A DNA stretch of 61,870 nt, filler included, from Candidatus Tectimicrobiota bacterium (GTDB taxonomy: Bacteria; JACPSX01): assembly GCA_016193065.1 (NCBI GenBank). It is 8 parts of 8 records of this genome, joined end to end, with 100 filler letters (N's around TTAATTAATTAA, not from the genome) between each part and the next. Parts side by side here need not be neighbours in the genome. Positions count along the whole stretch, not along the records: positions 10,825 to 23,538 come from JACPSX010000110.1; positions 23,639 to 34,598 come from JACPSX010000111.1; 6 more parts are not named here. The stretch is one strand, 5' to 3'. The position numbers and the translations under genes were made by a program. Shown here piece after piece: positions 20,174 to 30,517 of this stretch (the first letter of the stretch is position 1; the number at the start of each line of letters is the position of its first letter). The notes beneath the pieces are model-generated. The model was not told the origin of the DNA. It ran no database searches and saw only the letters and a program-made list of their open reading frames with translations.

Positions 20174-20370
20174 TATACCCTGATCCGAAGAATAAGGAAC
20201 CGGCTGGATACGCGCTGTCGGCCCGCAGGGCCTGTCGCCGGGTCGCCTCCTCGATCCGCGCTCCGTCACCCTGACGAGGGTCCCACTTTCGCGCGGCTCT
20301 GCGGAGGCTTCCCCGGTGCCACCCGCGGGCCTTCGCCGGATGACGCCGGCGGAGAATTTCGGATTGAGTT
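20174..20370. repeat. ~190-bp imperfect palindromic element (MITE-like or structured RNA)
   Basis: Terminal ATCCGAA/TTCGGAT, CCGGC/GCCGG and long internal imperfect arms (GGCCCGC...CCGCGC vs GCGCGG...GCGGGCC). Confidence 0.45.
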
Positions 20371-20387
20371 AAATTAAGGAGGATGCG

Positions 20388-21128
20388 GTGCGAGTCGATG
20401 GTCGAGGGCCGGATGTGTTGAGGCCGGTTCGGATGGTGAGGAACTTCATCCGGTTTGCCGAGGGGTCAACGCTGATCGAGGTCGGGGACACCCGGGTGAT
20501 CTGCACGGTTTCCGCCGAAGAGAAAGTGCCCCCCTTCCTCAAGGATTCCGGGCAGGGATGGGTCACGGCGGAATACGCGATGCTGCCCCGCTCGACTCCC
20601 GAGCGGATGGCCAGAGAATCGGTGCGCGGACGCTTGGGGGGCAGGACCCATGAGATCCAGCGCTTGGTCGGTCGGGTCCTGAGATCCGTTGTGGATCTCA
20701 AGGCGTTAGGGGAACGAACGCTTTGGGTGGACTGCGACGTGATCCAGGCTGATGGGGGCACGCGCACCTCCTCAATTACCGGTGCCTTTGTGGCTCTGTG
20801 CGACGCGCTGTCGAATCTGAAGGCCCGGGGGAAAATCGACCGCTTGCCGATCCGGGACTATGTGGCAGCCACCAGCGTCGGAAAGGTCGGGGGGGGATTG
20901 CTGCTCGATCTAAACTACTCCGAGGATTCCCGCGCGGAGGTCGATCTGAACGTGGTGATGACCGGCAAAGGGTGTTACGTGGAAATCCAGGGGACGGCGG
21001 AAGGGTCTCCTTTCTCCCACGAAGATTTTCTGGCCATGATTGCTCTGGCTGGCAAGGGGATTCGCGAGCTGATTGATATCCAGCGCCGTGAGTTGGGAGA
21101 TCTGGAAAAAGAGTGGATCTCGTCCTAG
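20388..21128 (+). CDS. rph: Ribonuclease PH
   Basis: [37 protein letters not shown]. Confidence 0.97.
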   Translation: MRVDGRGPDVLRPVRMVRNFIRFAEGSTLIEVGDTRVICTVSAEEKVPPFLKDSGQGWVTAEYAMLPRSTPERMARESVRGRLGGRTHEIQRLVGRVLRSVVDLKALGERTLWVDCDVIQADGGTRTSSITGAFVALCDALSNLKARGKIDRLPIRDYVAATSVGKVGGGLLLDLNYSEDSRAEVDLNVVMTGKGCYVEIQGTAEGSPFSHEDFLAMIALAGKGIRELIDIQRRELGDLEKEWISS

Positions 21129-21772
21129 CCACCCGCAACCGGGCCAAGTTTGCCGAAATTGTTGAGATCCTGCGGGGCTTACCTGCGGTTCTGATCTCTT
21201 TGGAGGAGTCGGGATTCCAAGACGTGGTTGAAGAGACCGGACAAAGCTATATGGAAAATGCGGCCCTCAAGGCTCTTTCCGTGGCGGCCGCGACGGGGCG
21301 TGTGACTCTAGCCGAAGACTCGGGCCTGGAAGTGGAGGCCCTGGGCGGGCACCCACCAGGTGGGCACCCACCAAGTGGGTACCCGGGAGTGCGCTCGGCC
21401 CGCTTTGGAGGTCCCGGACTGGATGACATTGCCCGGGTGGCGCTCCTGTTACGGCGACTCGAGAGCGTGCCCGAGGAGGGCCGGAGGGCCCGATTTATCT
21501 GCGTGGTGGCCCTGGCCGACCCCGCCGGCGAGGTGCGATTTTGCCAGGGGAGCTGCGAAGGGGTGATTGCACGGGAGGCCCGGGGGAATAGCGGCTTTGG
21601 TTATGATCCCGTTTTCCTGGTGCCCGCGTTAGGAAAAACTTTTGCGGAATTGCCGGGAAAGGTGAAAAATACAATAAGCCACCGGGGCCGGGCCCTCCAG
21701 AAGGCGCGGGCTTTGCTGGAACGGGTGTGCCGGGAGGGTACGTTCCCCCAGATCAAAGGGGGATCAGAGTAA
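21113..21772 (+). CDS. rdgB: Non-canonical purine NTP pyrophosphatase RdgB/HAM1 with a 10-aa repeat insertion
   Basis: [34 protein letters not shown]. Confidence 0.95.
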   Translation: MDLVLATRNRAKFAEIVEILRGLPAVLISLEESGFQDVVEETGQSYMENAALKALSVAAATGRVTLAEDSGLEVEALGGHPPGGHPPSGYPGVRSARFGGPGLDDIARVALLLRRLESVPEEGRRARFICVVALADPAGEVRFCQGSCEGVIAREARGNSGFGYDPVFLVPALGKTFAELPGKVKNTISHRGRALQKARALLERVCREGTFPQIKGGSE

Positions 21773-21782
21773 AAGTTCAGGG

Positions 21783-21859
<77 letters not shown>

Positions 21860-22215
21860 GTTTCTTTTGTGCGGTGTCCGCAGGGGAGGCAAGGGGCCGG
21901 TCTCGGACGGGTTCCCGGTTGCACGCGGGCACGAAAAGGAGGGCAAGCCCCGGGCATTCGGCGCCAGAGAACCGGCAGCCGAGCCCGGGTTGGAAGGATG
22001 TTTTTGGGTGGGATATTATGGTAGGTACAACCAAGCATATATACCGGAGTCGAGCCGGGCTGGCAAGGAAAAAATGAACCCCACTGCGAAATTAACGATC
22101 ATCCAGCCCGAAATGCCTTTGCGGAGGCCCCGGCTTTCGCTAAAATGATTGTATTTTAAAGACTCATGGCTGTGCAGGGAGTTGGTGCCTGAGTCGTTCC
22201 AATCCTAGTTTGTTT

Positions 22216-22292
22216 GCGCCTGTAGCTCAGTTGGATAGAGCAACGGACTTCTAATCCGTGGGTCGCGGGTTCGATTCCTGCCAGGCGCGCCA
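22216..22292 (+). tRNA. tRNA-Arg(UCU)
   Basis: Cloverleaf, anticodon TCT, CCA end. Confidence 0.96.
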
Positions 22293-22305
22293 GAAGTCAT
22301 AGCAC

Positions 22306-22380
22306 GGTGGGCGTAGCTCAGCTGGTAGAGCGCTGGACTGTGGCTCCAGTGGCCGAGGGTTCGAACCCCTCCGCCCACCC
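22306..22380 (+). tRNA. tRNA-His(GUG)
   Basis: G-1, anticodon GTG, C discriminator; CCA not fully encoded. Confidence 0.94.
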
Positions 22381-22420
22381 TTACTATCGCGCGGGAGCCG
22401 GTGGCCGGGCGGCCGGCGGG

Positions 22421-22456
22421 CCTAGGTCGCAGGTTCGACTCCTGCCGGGCGCGCCA
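22421..22456 (+). pseudogene. 3' half of a tRNA (probably Arg)
   Basis: TAGGTCGCAGGTTCGACTCCTGCCGGGCGCGCCA = T-arm, acceptor 3' strand and CCA; no D or anticodon arm upstream. Confidence 0.7.
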
Positions 22457-22538
22457 ACTGTGGGGCTGGCCGCTGGCCAGCCCCTTATGTTTTGACCACT
22501 GGCTGTGCTGGGAAGAGATCCGCCGGCGCCAATCAATC

Positions 22539-22715
22539 TCACTTTTTGACCGGTTCTTCCGCAGGAACCTGGGCCCTGACGATGACCCACTCGGTGTCCT
22601 TGCCGCAACCGGGACAAGGCGGCAGGAACTGGCCCCTGGGAAAGGCCATGAGGAACTGGCACTGGGAACAACGGTAAGCGCTAAATACGGGATTGACATC
22701 GCCTGTTTGTGGCAT
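22539..22715 (-). CDS. Small zinc-ribbon protein (58 aa)
   Basis: ATG 22715 after a G-rich RBS; YRCSQC...LPPCPGC...W. Confidence 0.65.
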   Translation of the reverse strand: MPQTGDVNPVFSAYRCSQCQFLMAFPRGQFLPPCPGCGKDTEWVIVRAQVPAEEPVKK

Positions 22716-22949
22716 ACGCCCTCCCCCCCCTCTCCTGGCGCCGACGGATATAAACAGTTTACCATATTTCATCTGCTGTGGCCGAATCGGTGGAAAACCG
22801 CCGGAGCAGCCCATCCGGCCCGACTCCCCGCCCTCCATATCTAATGTAATCGCATCAACAAAATGGGAAGTCCTCCCCATTTACTGGCACTTCCGCCGCG
22901 TTATGCTGAGACCAACATTGGTCACTAAGTCCCGGACCGGAGGGGGAAC

Positions 22950-23297
22950 GTGAAAAGCGCACACCAGCACCTGAATTTCTTCGGCTGGATCTCCATGATG
23001 ATCTTTGGGGTCGGCTACAAGCTCCTCCCCAACTATGCCGGAAAGATCGTGATTCACAGTTTGACCATGGCCAGGGTCCGGTTCTGGCTTGCGAACCTGG
23101 GTTTCATCGGCCTGCTCTGCTTCTATGCGCTCTGGTCAGCCGTGCGGAGCCATGTGGCTTTTGCTCTCACGATTCTGGGTGCTGCCACGGTGATTGCCTC
23201 GATTGCCCTCTTGGGCCTGAACGTCTGGCTTACCTTTCGACCGGAGGTTTCTCCGGCAGAAAGCCAATCCCTACATCGTAAAGGGGGGCAAGAATGA
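22950..23297 (+). CDS. Small membrane protein, cbb3-oxidase-subunit-I-like helical domain (possibly N-truncated)
   Basis: AHQHLNFFGWISMMIFGVGY..LP, FWLANLG. Confidence 0.65.
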   Translation: MKSAHQHLNFFGWISMMIFGVGYKLLPNYAGKIVIHSLTMARVRFWLANLGFIGLLCFYALWSAVRSHVAFALTILGAATVIASIALLGLNVWLTFRPEVSPAESQSLHRKGGQE

Positions 23298-23372
23298 AAA
23301 AAGTGTGAGACCTATCGAGGACCCCCTCGAACACAAGAGACGAAATCCTGATCTAGGTCATAAAACTTTTAG

Positions 23373-23538
<166 letters not shown>

Positions 23539-23638
23539 NNNNNNNNNNNNNNNNNNNNNNNNNNNNNNNNNNNNNNNNNNNNTTAATTAATTAANNNNNN
23601 NNNNNNNNNNNNNNNNNNNNNNNNNNNNNNNNNNNNNN

Positions 23639-24589
23639 GGTCTCCTCGATCCCCTTGGACTGGGTCGAGCGGCCCGAGTTCACATCGATGGAGACCAGAG
23701 CCTCCGTGGGTTCGACGATGACGGAGCCTCCGGATTTCAGGGGGATCTGGCGCTGGGAAATGGATTCGATTTGATCCTCGATGTCGTGGAAGGAAAAGAT
23801 GGGCGTCTTTTCCCGGTAGAGCTTCAGGCGCTTCTGGTAACGCGGCATGACCGCCTGCATGAAATCCCGGGCCCGCTTGTAAGCTTCCCGGCTGTCCAAA
23901 ATGATCTCCTCAATATCGGGGGTGAAGTAATCCCGGATCGAGCGTACCACCACATCACTTTCCTGGTATATGAGAGCCGGAGCCGTGGTCTGGCGGGCTG
24001 TTTCCTGGATGGATTCCCACAGGCGCATTAGATAGTTGTAATCCCGGGCAAGTTCATTTTTCGACTTGTCCAGGCCCGCCGTCCGGACAATGAAGCCCAT
24101 TTTTTCCGGGGGGTTTAACTGGGCGACGAGCTCCTTCAGGCGCCGGCGCTGCTCATCGTTTTCGATCTTGCGGGAAACCCCGCTCACATCGCTCCCGGGC
24201 ATCAAAACCAGGTAGCGACCGGGAAGGGAAATATAAGTGGTCAAGGCGGCGCCCTTTTTCCCGATTTCCCCCTTCACCACCTGGACGATAATTTCCTGGC
24301 GCTTCTTCAGGGCTTCCTGGATTCGCGGGCGCTCATTGCCCTCTACAGAAGAGGAATGGTAATCCGGGTGAACTTCGGAGAAGGGGAGAAAGCCGGCGCG
24401 ATTGCCGCCAAAGTCCACGAAGGCAGCCTGCAGGCTGGGTTCAATCTTAACGATGGTGCCCTTGTAAATGTTCCCTTTGATTTGTTCTCGGAGGGGGGTT
24501 TCGATGCTGAATTCTTCCAGGATTCCATTATCGACCAGGGCTACCCGGCACTCTTCCTTATCAATCGCATTAATCAACATCTTGCTCAA
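23639..24589 (-). CDS. RNase E/G family ribonuclease, N-terminal part
   Basis: KGNIYKG, LQAAFVDFG, SLPGRYLVL, FIVRTA, IDVNSGR. Confidence 0.93.
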
Positions 24590-24786
24590 TTCATAGACCC
24601 TCGCTCATTAGTACCTGTTTCGGGGGGCGTGTAACTCCCAACTTAAGAGGAAATTATACCAGATAGGTGGGAGGAACAAAGCTGAATTTGTGCCATTTTG
24701 ACTTTGACAATGGCAGCCGCAAGGTGTATAAGTTAGAGCAAAACAGTCGATCTTCGACTGGGGTCAAGCTGGCAGCCGGAGCAGGT

Positions 24787-25200
24787 ATGTACACCCTGAG
24801 CAGGAAAGTCGATTATGCGTTCAGGGCCGTTGAGTATATGGCCCTGAAGCCGCCGGGGCAAGTGGTCCATATCAAGGAAATTGCCGAGCACCGGAATATC
24901 CCCAAAGATTTCCTGTCCAAGATCATGCGGGACTTGGTCAACCACAAGATCGTCAGGTCACGCTTTGGGCCGGGAGGAGGCTACTGCTTAAATCGGAGTC
25001 CCGCCGAGATTTCCTTTAAAGATATCGTAGAGGCTGTCGACGGCCCGGTCAATCTCTTGGGCTGCGACGATGGAGCGGAGGAATGCCCTTTCTCCTGTAC
25101 CTGCGGCCAACAGGCGGTGTGGCGGGAACTCCAGGGGAAAATCATCGAAACCCTTGATCAGTACAAGATGAAAGACTTTTGCCAGACCGTGAAAGCCTAG
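24787..25200 (+). CDS. Rrf2/IscR-family transcriptional regulator
   Basis: DYAFRA, GPGGGY, DIVEAVDG, three Cys for an Fe-S cluster. Confidence 0.9.
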   Translation: MYTLSRKVDYAFRAVEYMALKPPGQVVHIKEIAEHRNIPKDFLSKIMRDLVNHKIVRSRFGPGGGYCLNRSPAEISFKDIVEAVDGPVNLLGCDDGAEECPFSCTCGQQAVWRELQGKIIETLDQYKMKDFCQTVKA

Positions 25201-25271
25201 TCGACCTCCCCGACCTCGTTTGTCGCTCTCTGATGAAATCCAAGGCGGTTGTCGTGGTGAAGCGAGGAGCA

Positions 25272-26267
25272 ATGGCAAATCAGCTTGTTGACCGGTTTCA
25301 GAGAAGAATCACGGATCTGCGGGTCTCAGTGACGGACCGCTGCAACCTGCAGTGTTCCTATTGCATGCCCTCTTTCGGCACGACTCATGTCCACCGGCGG
25401 GAGCTTCTCTCCTTTGAAGAGATTCAGCGTCTGGTCACTCTTCTGGCCAGCCAAGGCATTGAGAAAGTCCGCCTGACGGGGGGCGAACCTCTGATCCGCC
25501 GGGACCTCATCCGCTTGGTGCAGATGATCCGGCAGATTCCCGGGGTGCGCAAGATTCCCATGACCACGAATGCGGTTCTCTTAAGCCTGTATGCCGGCGC
25601 TTTGCAGGAAGCCGGCCTCACCTCGGCAAACATCAGTTTGGACACCCTGCAGCGGGAGCGTTTCCAGCAGATCACCGGCTTTGATAAATTTGACCAGGTG
25701 ATGGCCGGAATTCACAAAGCCCTTGAAGTTGGGCTCCCGGTTAAGATCAATGTGGTGGCCATCCGCAATTTCAACGATCACGAGGTGCTGGACTTCGTCG
25801 AACTGGCCGGTCGTCTCAAGGTCGCCGTGCGCTTCATTGAGTTCATGCCTTTCCAGGACAACCAGTGGTCGATCAAGCAGTTTATCTCTGCCCGGGAACT
25901 CCGGCGGATCGTGGGATCCAGATATAAGCTGGTCCCCTTGGAAAAGGAAGCCCTCTCCTCCACCTCAAACAATTTCCGAGTCGAAGGCCAGGAGGGCTCC
26001 ATTGGCTTTATCGCCTCGATGACCGAGAGCTTTTGCAGCACTTGCAGCCGGGTACGCCTTACCGCGGAAGGTTATTTCAGACCTTGTCTGCACGACAGCA
26101 TCGAGGTGGACTTGAAAGCTCCTTTGCGGGAAGGAGTATCGGACCAGGAACTCACGGAGCTGATGCAAAGAGCCCTCTGGCAGAAATGGGCAGAGCACCC
26201 CGATTTCCTGGCTTCCTCCGGCAAGGTGACCGCCGGGCCGCGGGAGATGATTCGAATTGGCGGCTGA
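25272..26267 (+). CDS. moaA: GTP 3',8-cyclase (radical SAM)
   Basis: LRVSVTDRCNLQCSYC, LTGGEP, FCSTCSRVRL...C, C-terminal IGG. Confidence 0.96.
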   Translation: MANQLVDRFQRRITDLRVSVTDRCNLQCSYCMPSFGTTHVHRRELLSFEEIQRLVTLLASQGIEKVRLTGGEPLIRRDLIRLVQMIRQIPGVRKIPMTTNAVLLSLYAGALQEAGLTSANISLDTLQRERFQQITGFDKFDQVMAGIHKALEVGLPVKINVVAIRNFNDHEVLDFVELAGRLKVAVRFIEFMPFQDNQWSIKQFISARELRRIVGSRYKLVPLEKEALSSTSNNFRVEGQEGSIGFIASMTESFCSTCSRVRLTAEGYFRPCLHDSIEVDLKAPLREGVSDQELTELMQRALWQKWAEHPDFLASSGKVTAGPREMIRIGG

Positions 26268-26384
26268 CTCCCTGCAATCCGCGCCTACTCAGCTCGTTCT
26301 CCCCTTTCCCCCGTAAACGCTCTGAAAACCTCCCCCCCGGCGCAAAAATCTGTTAAGATGGGTGAAGCGGCAAAAAACAGGGGT

Positions 26385-26461
26385 GCGCCCGTAGCTCAGT
26401 TGGATAGAGCGCAGGACTCCGGATCCTGAGGCCGAAGGTTCGAACCCTTTCGGGCGCACCA
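26385..26461 (+). tRNA. tRNA-Arg(CCG)
   Basis: Cloverleaf, anticodon CCG, CCA end. Confidence 0.95.
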
Positions 26462-26713
26462 TATACTTTTCATCTTGCCCCCTCCCAGGTTTTCGACCTC
26501 ATATCCAGAAATCCAAGGCCCCCAACACCCAATCCCTAAAGGAGAACATCACCGTTACCGATAAAGAGATGGGTTAGAAGGGTTCGTCACCGCTGGAAAC
26601 CTACAATTCGTCTGGCCCGGGGAAAGCTCCCGGGAGGGCTTGAATCCCGGAATCCGGAATCCTCAAGATGGAATCCCTCTGACCGGTACCGGGCGCATTG
26701 CCAAAGGATCTTC

Positions 26714-28699
26714 ATGGAGCAAGAGATTCTTAAGAACCGCCGGGCGTTTTCTTTTTACAACCGCAGGCGTCTGGACCAGCTGTTCTCAGCCCTTCAGGAG
26801 CAAGACGCATGCATCTTGGGGGCCCTCCCTTTTCTCCTTCAGGTAAACATAAAGAAGCTGCCCGGCTACATAGAGGCCAAGGAGGTCCCCTGCGGCACCT
26901 ACGACTTTTCCTGGACAAAAGAGGCCCAAACGGCCGTCAGGAAACTATTCCCCGACTTCCCCCTAGAGCGCCTCAGCTCCGCCCACCTCTTTCCGCGGCG
27001 CTCAGCAATCGTTATGCTGGCCCTGATTGGCAGCGCCGGGTCCATCGCCCAAACCGAAAAATCGGACCTGGACTTCTGGGTTTGCATTGAGGAGCGCTCC
27101 CTGGGTGCTGCAGCCCTGGCTCTCCTGAAAGAAAGGCTCAAGGCACTCGAGCAATGGATCTGGCAGACGAGCCAAACGGAGATGCACTTCTTCATCACGG
27201 ACATCGAAAAAGTGCAAAAAAACGATTTTGGAGAGGCGGGCCTGGAGAGCTCGGGAACCGCCCTGGGCAAGCTTCTCAAAGAGGAGTTTTACCGCACCTC
27301 CATTGTGCTTGCCGGAAAGACCCCCCTGTGGTGGATCACTCCCACCCGGGCGGATGACGAGACCTACGAAGAGTTCAAACAGGCTGTGCGCGCCTCCAAT
27401 GAGCTCGACCCTCAGGACTATGTGGATCTCGGCAACCTCTCCGAGATCACCTGGGACGAATTCTTCGGAGCCTCTCTGTGGCAAATGAACAAAGCCATGG
27501 CCAGCCCCTTTAAGTCGGTTCTCAAAATGGCACTTCTAGATGCCTGCATGGACCCGGAGAATGAGTCCGGTCTGCTTTGTGACGATCTCAAGCAGAGTGT
27601 CTTCTCCCTGAGCACCTCGGACCGGCATTTAGACCCCTACATTCTCCTCTTCGATCACATCCTGGAATACAATCAAAAAAAGCAGCGCCCCGAAGTCGTG
27701 GACCTGCTGCGGACCTGCTTTTACATCAAAGTGGGCGTTCGGCTATCCCCCCTGGATTTCTCCAAAAAACTCTCAAGCCGGAAAAGGGAGATCCTGGCCG
27801 AGTATGTGAAATCCTGGGGCTGGAGCCTGGAGCGAGTCGAGACTTTGAACGACTACGCCAACTGGCCCTTTGAAAAGACCCTGGCTCTGGGCAAGGAGGT
27901 GCACCAGTTCCTGCTGTCCACCTACCAGACCCTGTCGGACCGGCTCAAGGAAAAACCGGATCTTACTGCCAAGATCAGCGCCACGGATCTGACGCTACTG
28001 GGTCGCAAACTGGCCAGCCTCTACTCCAAAAAGCCCGGGAAAGTCGAAGTGATCAAGCAGGCAGTGGAAGAAGGGCTGGAATTAGAGGCCCTGACCTTGT
28101 ATACTAGCTACGAAAGTGACTCGAAACGGGGGGAATGGCGAGTGTACCGCGGAATGGTGCCCCGGGAAGAACTCTTGGATGAACGAGGAAAGGGGAAGCT
28201 CCTCAGGCGCTCCAGGAATCTCCTGGAAATCCTGATCTGGCTGGTGCACAACCGCCTTTATACACCTGCCACCACCCTCCACATGATTCCCAATGGGAGC
28301 CCGATCACCTTGAACGATCTCAAGGAGATCCTGCGGGAAATGTCCGACTTCTTTCCCCCGATTGACCTCTCCCAGTTAGCCAAGAAAGACCTCCTTAGCG
28401 AAAGCCGGATCGACAAGGTGATGGTGGTGGCAAATCTCTTAGCTCAGCGCTGGGCGACCCACCTCTCGGACCTTGGCATCCTGTACCGGACCTCTTGGGG
28501 GGAACAGTTCTGCGAGTCCTACGCTTCCCAGGCGGGAATCCAAAAAGCACAGGAATACGTGGTCGAGGCGGCCAGGAAGCAGCCGGCATCCACCTGCTAC
28601 CGGCTCTGGGTCCCCAGAGGGGAAGGCTACAAAACGCTGGCGCCTAGCCTGGCGGAGCGTCTCAAGAAACGATTACCAAAGGCCTACGCTGCCAATTAA
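26714..28699 (+). CDS. cyaA: Class I adenylate cyclase
   Basis: LPFLL, GSAGSIAQTEKSDLDFWVC, LLKEEFYRT, GKTPLWW, GASLWQ, SPFKSVLK. Confidence 0.88.
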   Translation: MEQEILKNRRAFSFYNRRRLDQLFSALQEQDACILGALPFLLQVNIKKLPGYIEAKEVPCGTYDFSWTKEAQTAVRKLFPDFPLERLSSAHLFPRRSAIVMLALIGSAGSIAQTEKSDLDFWVCIEERSLGAAALALLKERLKALEQWIWQTSQTEMHFFITDIEKVQKNDFGEAGLESSGTALGKLLKEEFYRTSIVLAGKTPLWWITPTRADDETYEEFKQAVRASNELDPQDYVDLGNLSEITWDEFFGASLWQMNKAMASPFKSVLKMALLDACMDPENESGLLCDDLKQSVFSLSTSDRHLDPYILLFDHILEYNQKKQRPEVVDLLRTCFYIKVGVRLSPLDFSKKLSSRKREILAEYVKSWGWSLERVETLNDYANWPFEKTLALGKEVHQFLLSTYQTLSDRLKEKPDLTAKISATDLTLLGRKLASLYSKKPGKVEVIKQAVEEGLELEALTLYTSYESDSKRGEWRVYRGMVPREELLDERGKGKLLRRSRNLLEILIWLVHNRLYTPATTLHMIPNGSPITLNDLKEILREMSDFFPPIDLSQLAKKDLLSESRIDKVMVVANLLAQRWATHLSDLGILYRTSWGEQFCESYASQAGIQKAQEYVVEAARKQPASTCYRLWVPRGEGYKTLAPSLAERLKKRLPKAYAAN

Positions 28700-28763
28700 C
28701 CGGCTCCCGCGGGAAGCCCGTGAGAGAATCACAGTCAGAGTCCAAGAGAGAGGAGGAAAGTCC

Positions 28764-29135
28764 GTGAACCCGCGCAAAAATCCGGCAGACGATCAGGAAG
28801 ATTACCAAGAACTCTCTCAAGCCATCACCGAAGCCCTCATTAACTCGGAGGAAGTGCAAAGAGCACTGGTAAGATTCCAACGCAAAAAAAAGGTCAAGGC
28901 CAAGGGCCTGCTGATCCTGGCCTTGAGCCTGGAGGACATGAACACGGCTTACACTTCCGGCAATCGCAGGAAGCTCAAACCCATCATGACCAGGATCCAA
29001 GAGCAATTCATCGACGGCAGGCGGCTTACGGCCAAGGAAATCGCTTTTCACGAATTTCTCGTGGAGAAATTTAACGAACGAAAGTGGCTGAAACAAAATC
29101 GCCTCACCTTGGAAGATTCTCGCCAGCAGGATTAA
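28764..29135 (+). CDS. Hypothetical protein
   Basis: GTG after AGGAGG RBS; protein-like composition (QFIDGRRLT...FNERKWLK). Confidence 0.65.
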   Translation: MNPRKNPADDQEDYQELSQAITEALINSEEVQRALVRFQRKKKVKAKGLLILALSLEDMNTAYTSGNRRKLKPIMTRIQEQFIDGRRLTAKEIAFHEFLVEKFNERKWLKQNRLTLEDSRQQD

Positions 29136-29163
29136 CACATACCCAGACAGGGGACCTCACGCC

Positions 29164-30093
29164 ATGAACAGAGTGGTCCTGACGGTTCCCGCCTCCACGA
29201 CGAACCTGGGGTCGGGTTTCGATGCGTTGGGTCTTGCCCTGACCCTGCGAAACCGGTTCCTGCTGGAGGAGACCCCTTCGCAAGGGTCAATCGAGGTGGT
29301 CGGTGAGGGGAGCGAGTTTATACCGAGGGATGGGAGCAACCTGGTTCTCCAGGCTGCCCACCGCCTTTATCGCAGCCAGGGGAAAACGCCTCCCGGTCTC
29401 CACATCCGGCAAGAGAACCATATTCCCAGGTGTGGAGGCCTCGGCAGCAGCGCCAGCGCCATCATCGCCGGACTGGTGGGAGCCAACTCCCTGTGCGGGG
29501 AACCCCTGTCCAGGGATGAAATCCTGCCCATGGCTCTGGATCTCGAAGGGCATCCAGACAACGTGGTCCCGGCCCTGTACGGCGGCTTCACGATTTCCGC
29601 TCTGGTCGACGGCCAGGTAGCTTGGCTGAGAGCAAGTTTCCCCCCCGATTTACGATGCGTCGTGGCGTTGCCCGATCTCACCTGGAGCACGGCTGAGGCC
29701 CGTCAAGTACTGCCCGTCCAGGTCCCCCGTTCGGACGCCGTCTTCAACGTGCAGCGCGTGTCCTTGCTTCTGGGGGCCCTGTTCGCCGGCCAGCACGATC
29801 TGTTGCGAACCGGCATGGCGGACCGACTCCACCAGCCCTATCGGGCCAAGCACCTAAGCTACTTGGAGGAAGTTTGCCGGCAGGCTCTCGAAGCCGGGGC
29901 GTGGGGAACTTGCCTGAGCGGCGCCGGCACGTCCGTACTGGCTCTGGCCAGCACCTGTGAGGAGGAAATTGGCAAGGCCATGTGCCGGGCCCTGTCAAAC
30001 CACGGGATCGGCTCCCGATTTCTGGTCCTGGAGATGGATCCGTGCGGGGCACAACTTCACGTTCCGTCGTCTTCCGAAGGGGGGTTGGAATAG
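29164..30093 (+). CDS. thrB: Homoserine kinase
   Basis: VPASTTNLGSGFD, GLGSSA, EGHPDNV, DRLHQPYR, LSGAG. Confidence 0.95.
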   Translation: MNRVVLTVPASTTNLGSGFDALGLALTLRNRFLLEETPSQGSIEVVGEGSEFIPRDGSNLVLQAAHRLYRSQGKTPPGLHIRQENHIPRCGGLGSSASAIIAGLVGANSLCGEPLSRDEILPMALDLEGHPDNVVPALYGGFTISALVDGQVAWLRASFPPDLRCVVALPDLTWSTAEARQVLPVQVPRSDAVFNVQRVSLLLGALFAGQHDLLRTGMADRLHQPYRAKHLSYLEEVCRQALEAGAWGTCLSGAGTSVLALASTCEEEIGKAMCRALSNHGIGSRFLVLEMDPCGAQLHVPSSSEGGLE

Positions 30094-30097
30094 GATC

Positions 30098-30517
30098 ATG
30101 GGCGTCGTATGCGGAAAGTTCACCGTCCAGACTAAGGGACAGACGGAGATCATCGACATCACAAAGCTCGTGGCCCGGCAAATCGAGCAATCCAATCTTG
30201 GCAGCGGCACGGCGACCGTCTTTGTCGCGGGCTCTACGGCAGGCGTAACGACCCTTGAGCACGAACCGGGATTGCTCAAGGATCTGGAGCAGGCCTGGGA
30301 GCGCATCTGCCCCCGGGACATCCCCTATGCCCACGACAGCCGCTGGGGGGATGGCAACGGCTATGCCCACGTACGGGCCGCTCTGCTCGGCCCCTCTCTG
30401 ACCATCCCCTTTTTCCATCAGAAGTTGCTTCTGGGAGTCTGGCAGCAAATCGTACTGGTAGATTTCGACAACAGACCCAGAATTCGGGAGATCAGCGTTC
30501 AGATCATCGGGGAATGA
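30098..30517 (+). CDS. YjbQ/UPF0047 family protein
   Basis: GSTAGVT, NGYAHVRA, LGVWQQIVLVDFD. Confidence 0.9.
   Translation: MGVVCGKFTVQTKGQTEIIDITKLVARQIEQSNLGSGTATVFVAGSTAGVTTLEHEPGLLKDLEQAWERICPRDIPYAHDSRWGDGNGYAHVRAALLGPSLTIPFFHQKLLLGVWQQIVLVDFDNRPRIREISVQIIGE

Noticed and set aside
22950-23297. C-terminal KGGQE as a Pup-like tail
   Set aside because: Membrane protein on a different contig, and the motif is not terminal GGQ/GGE.
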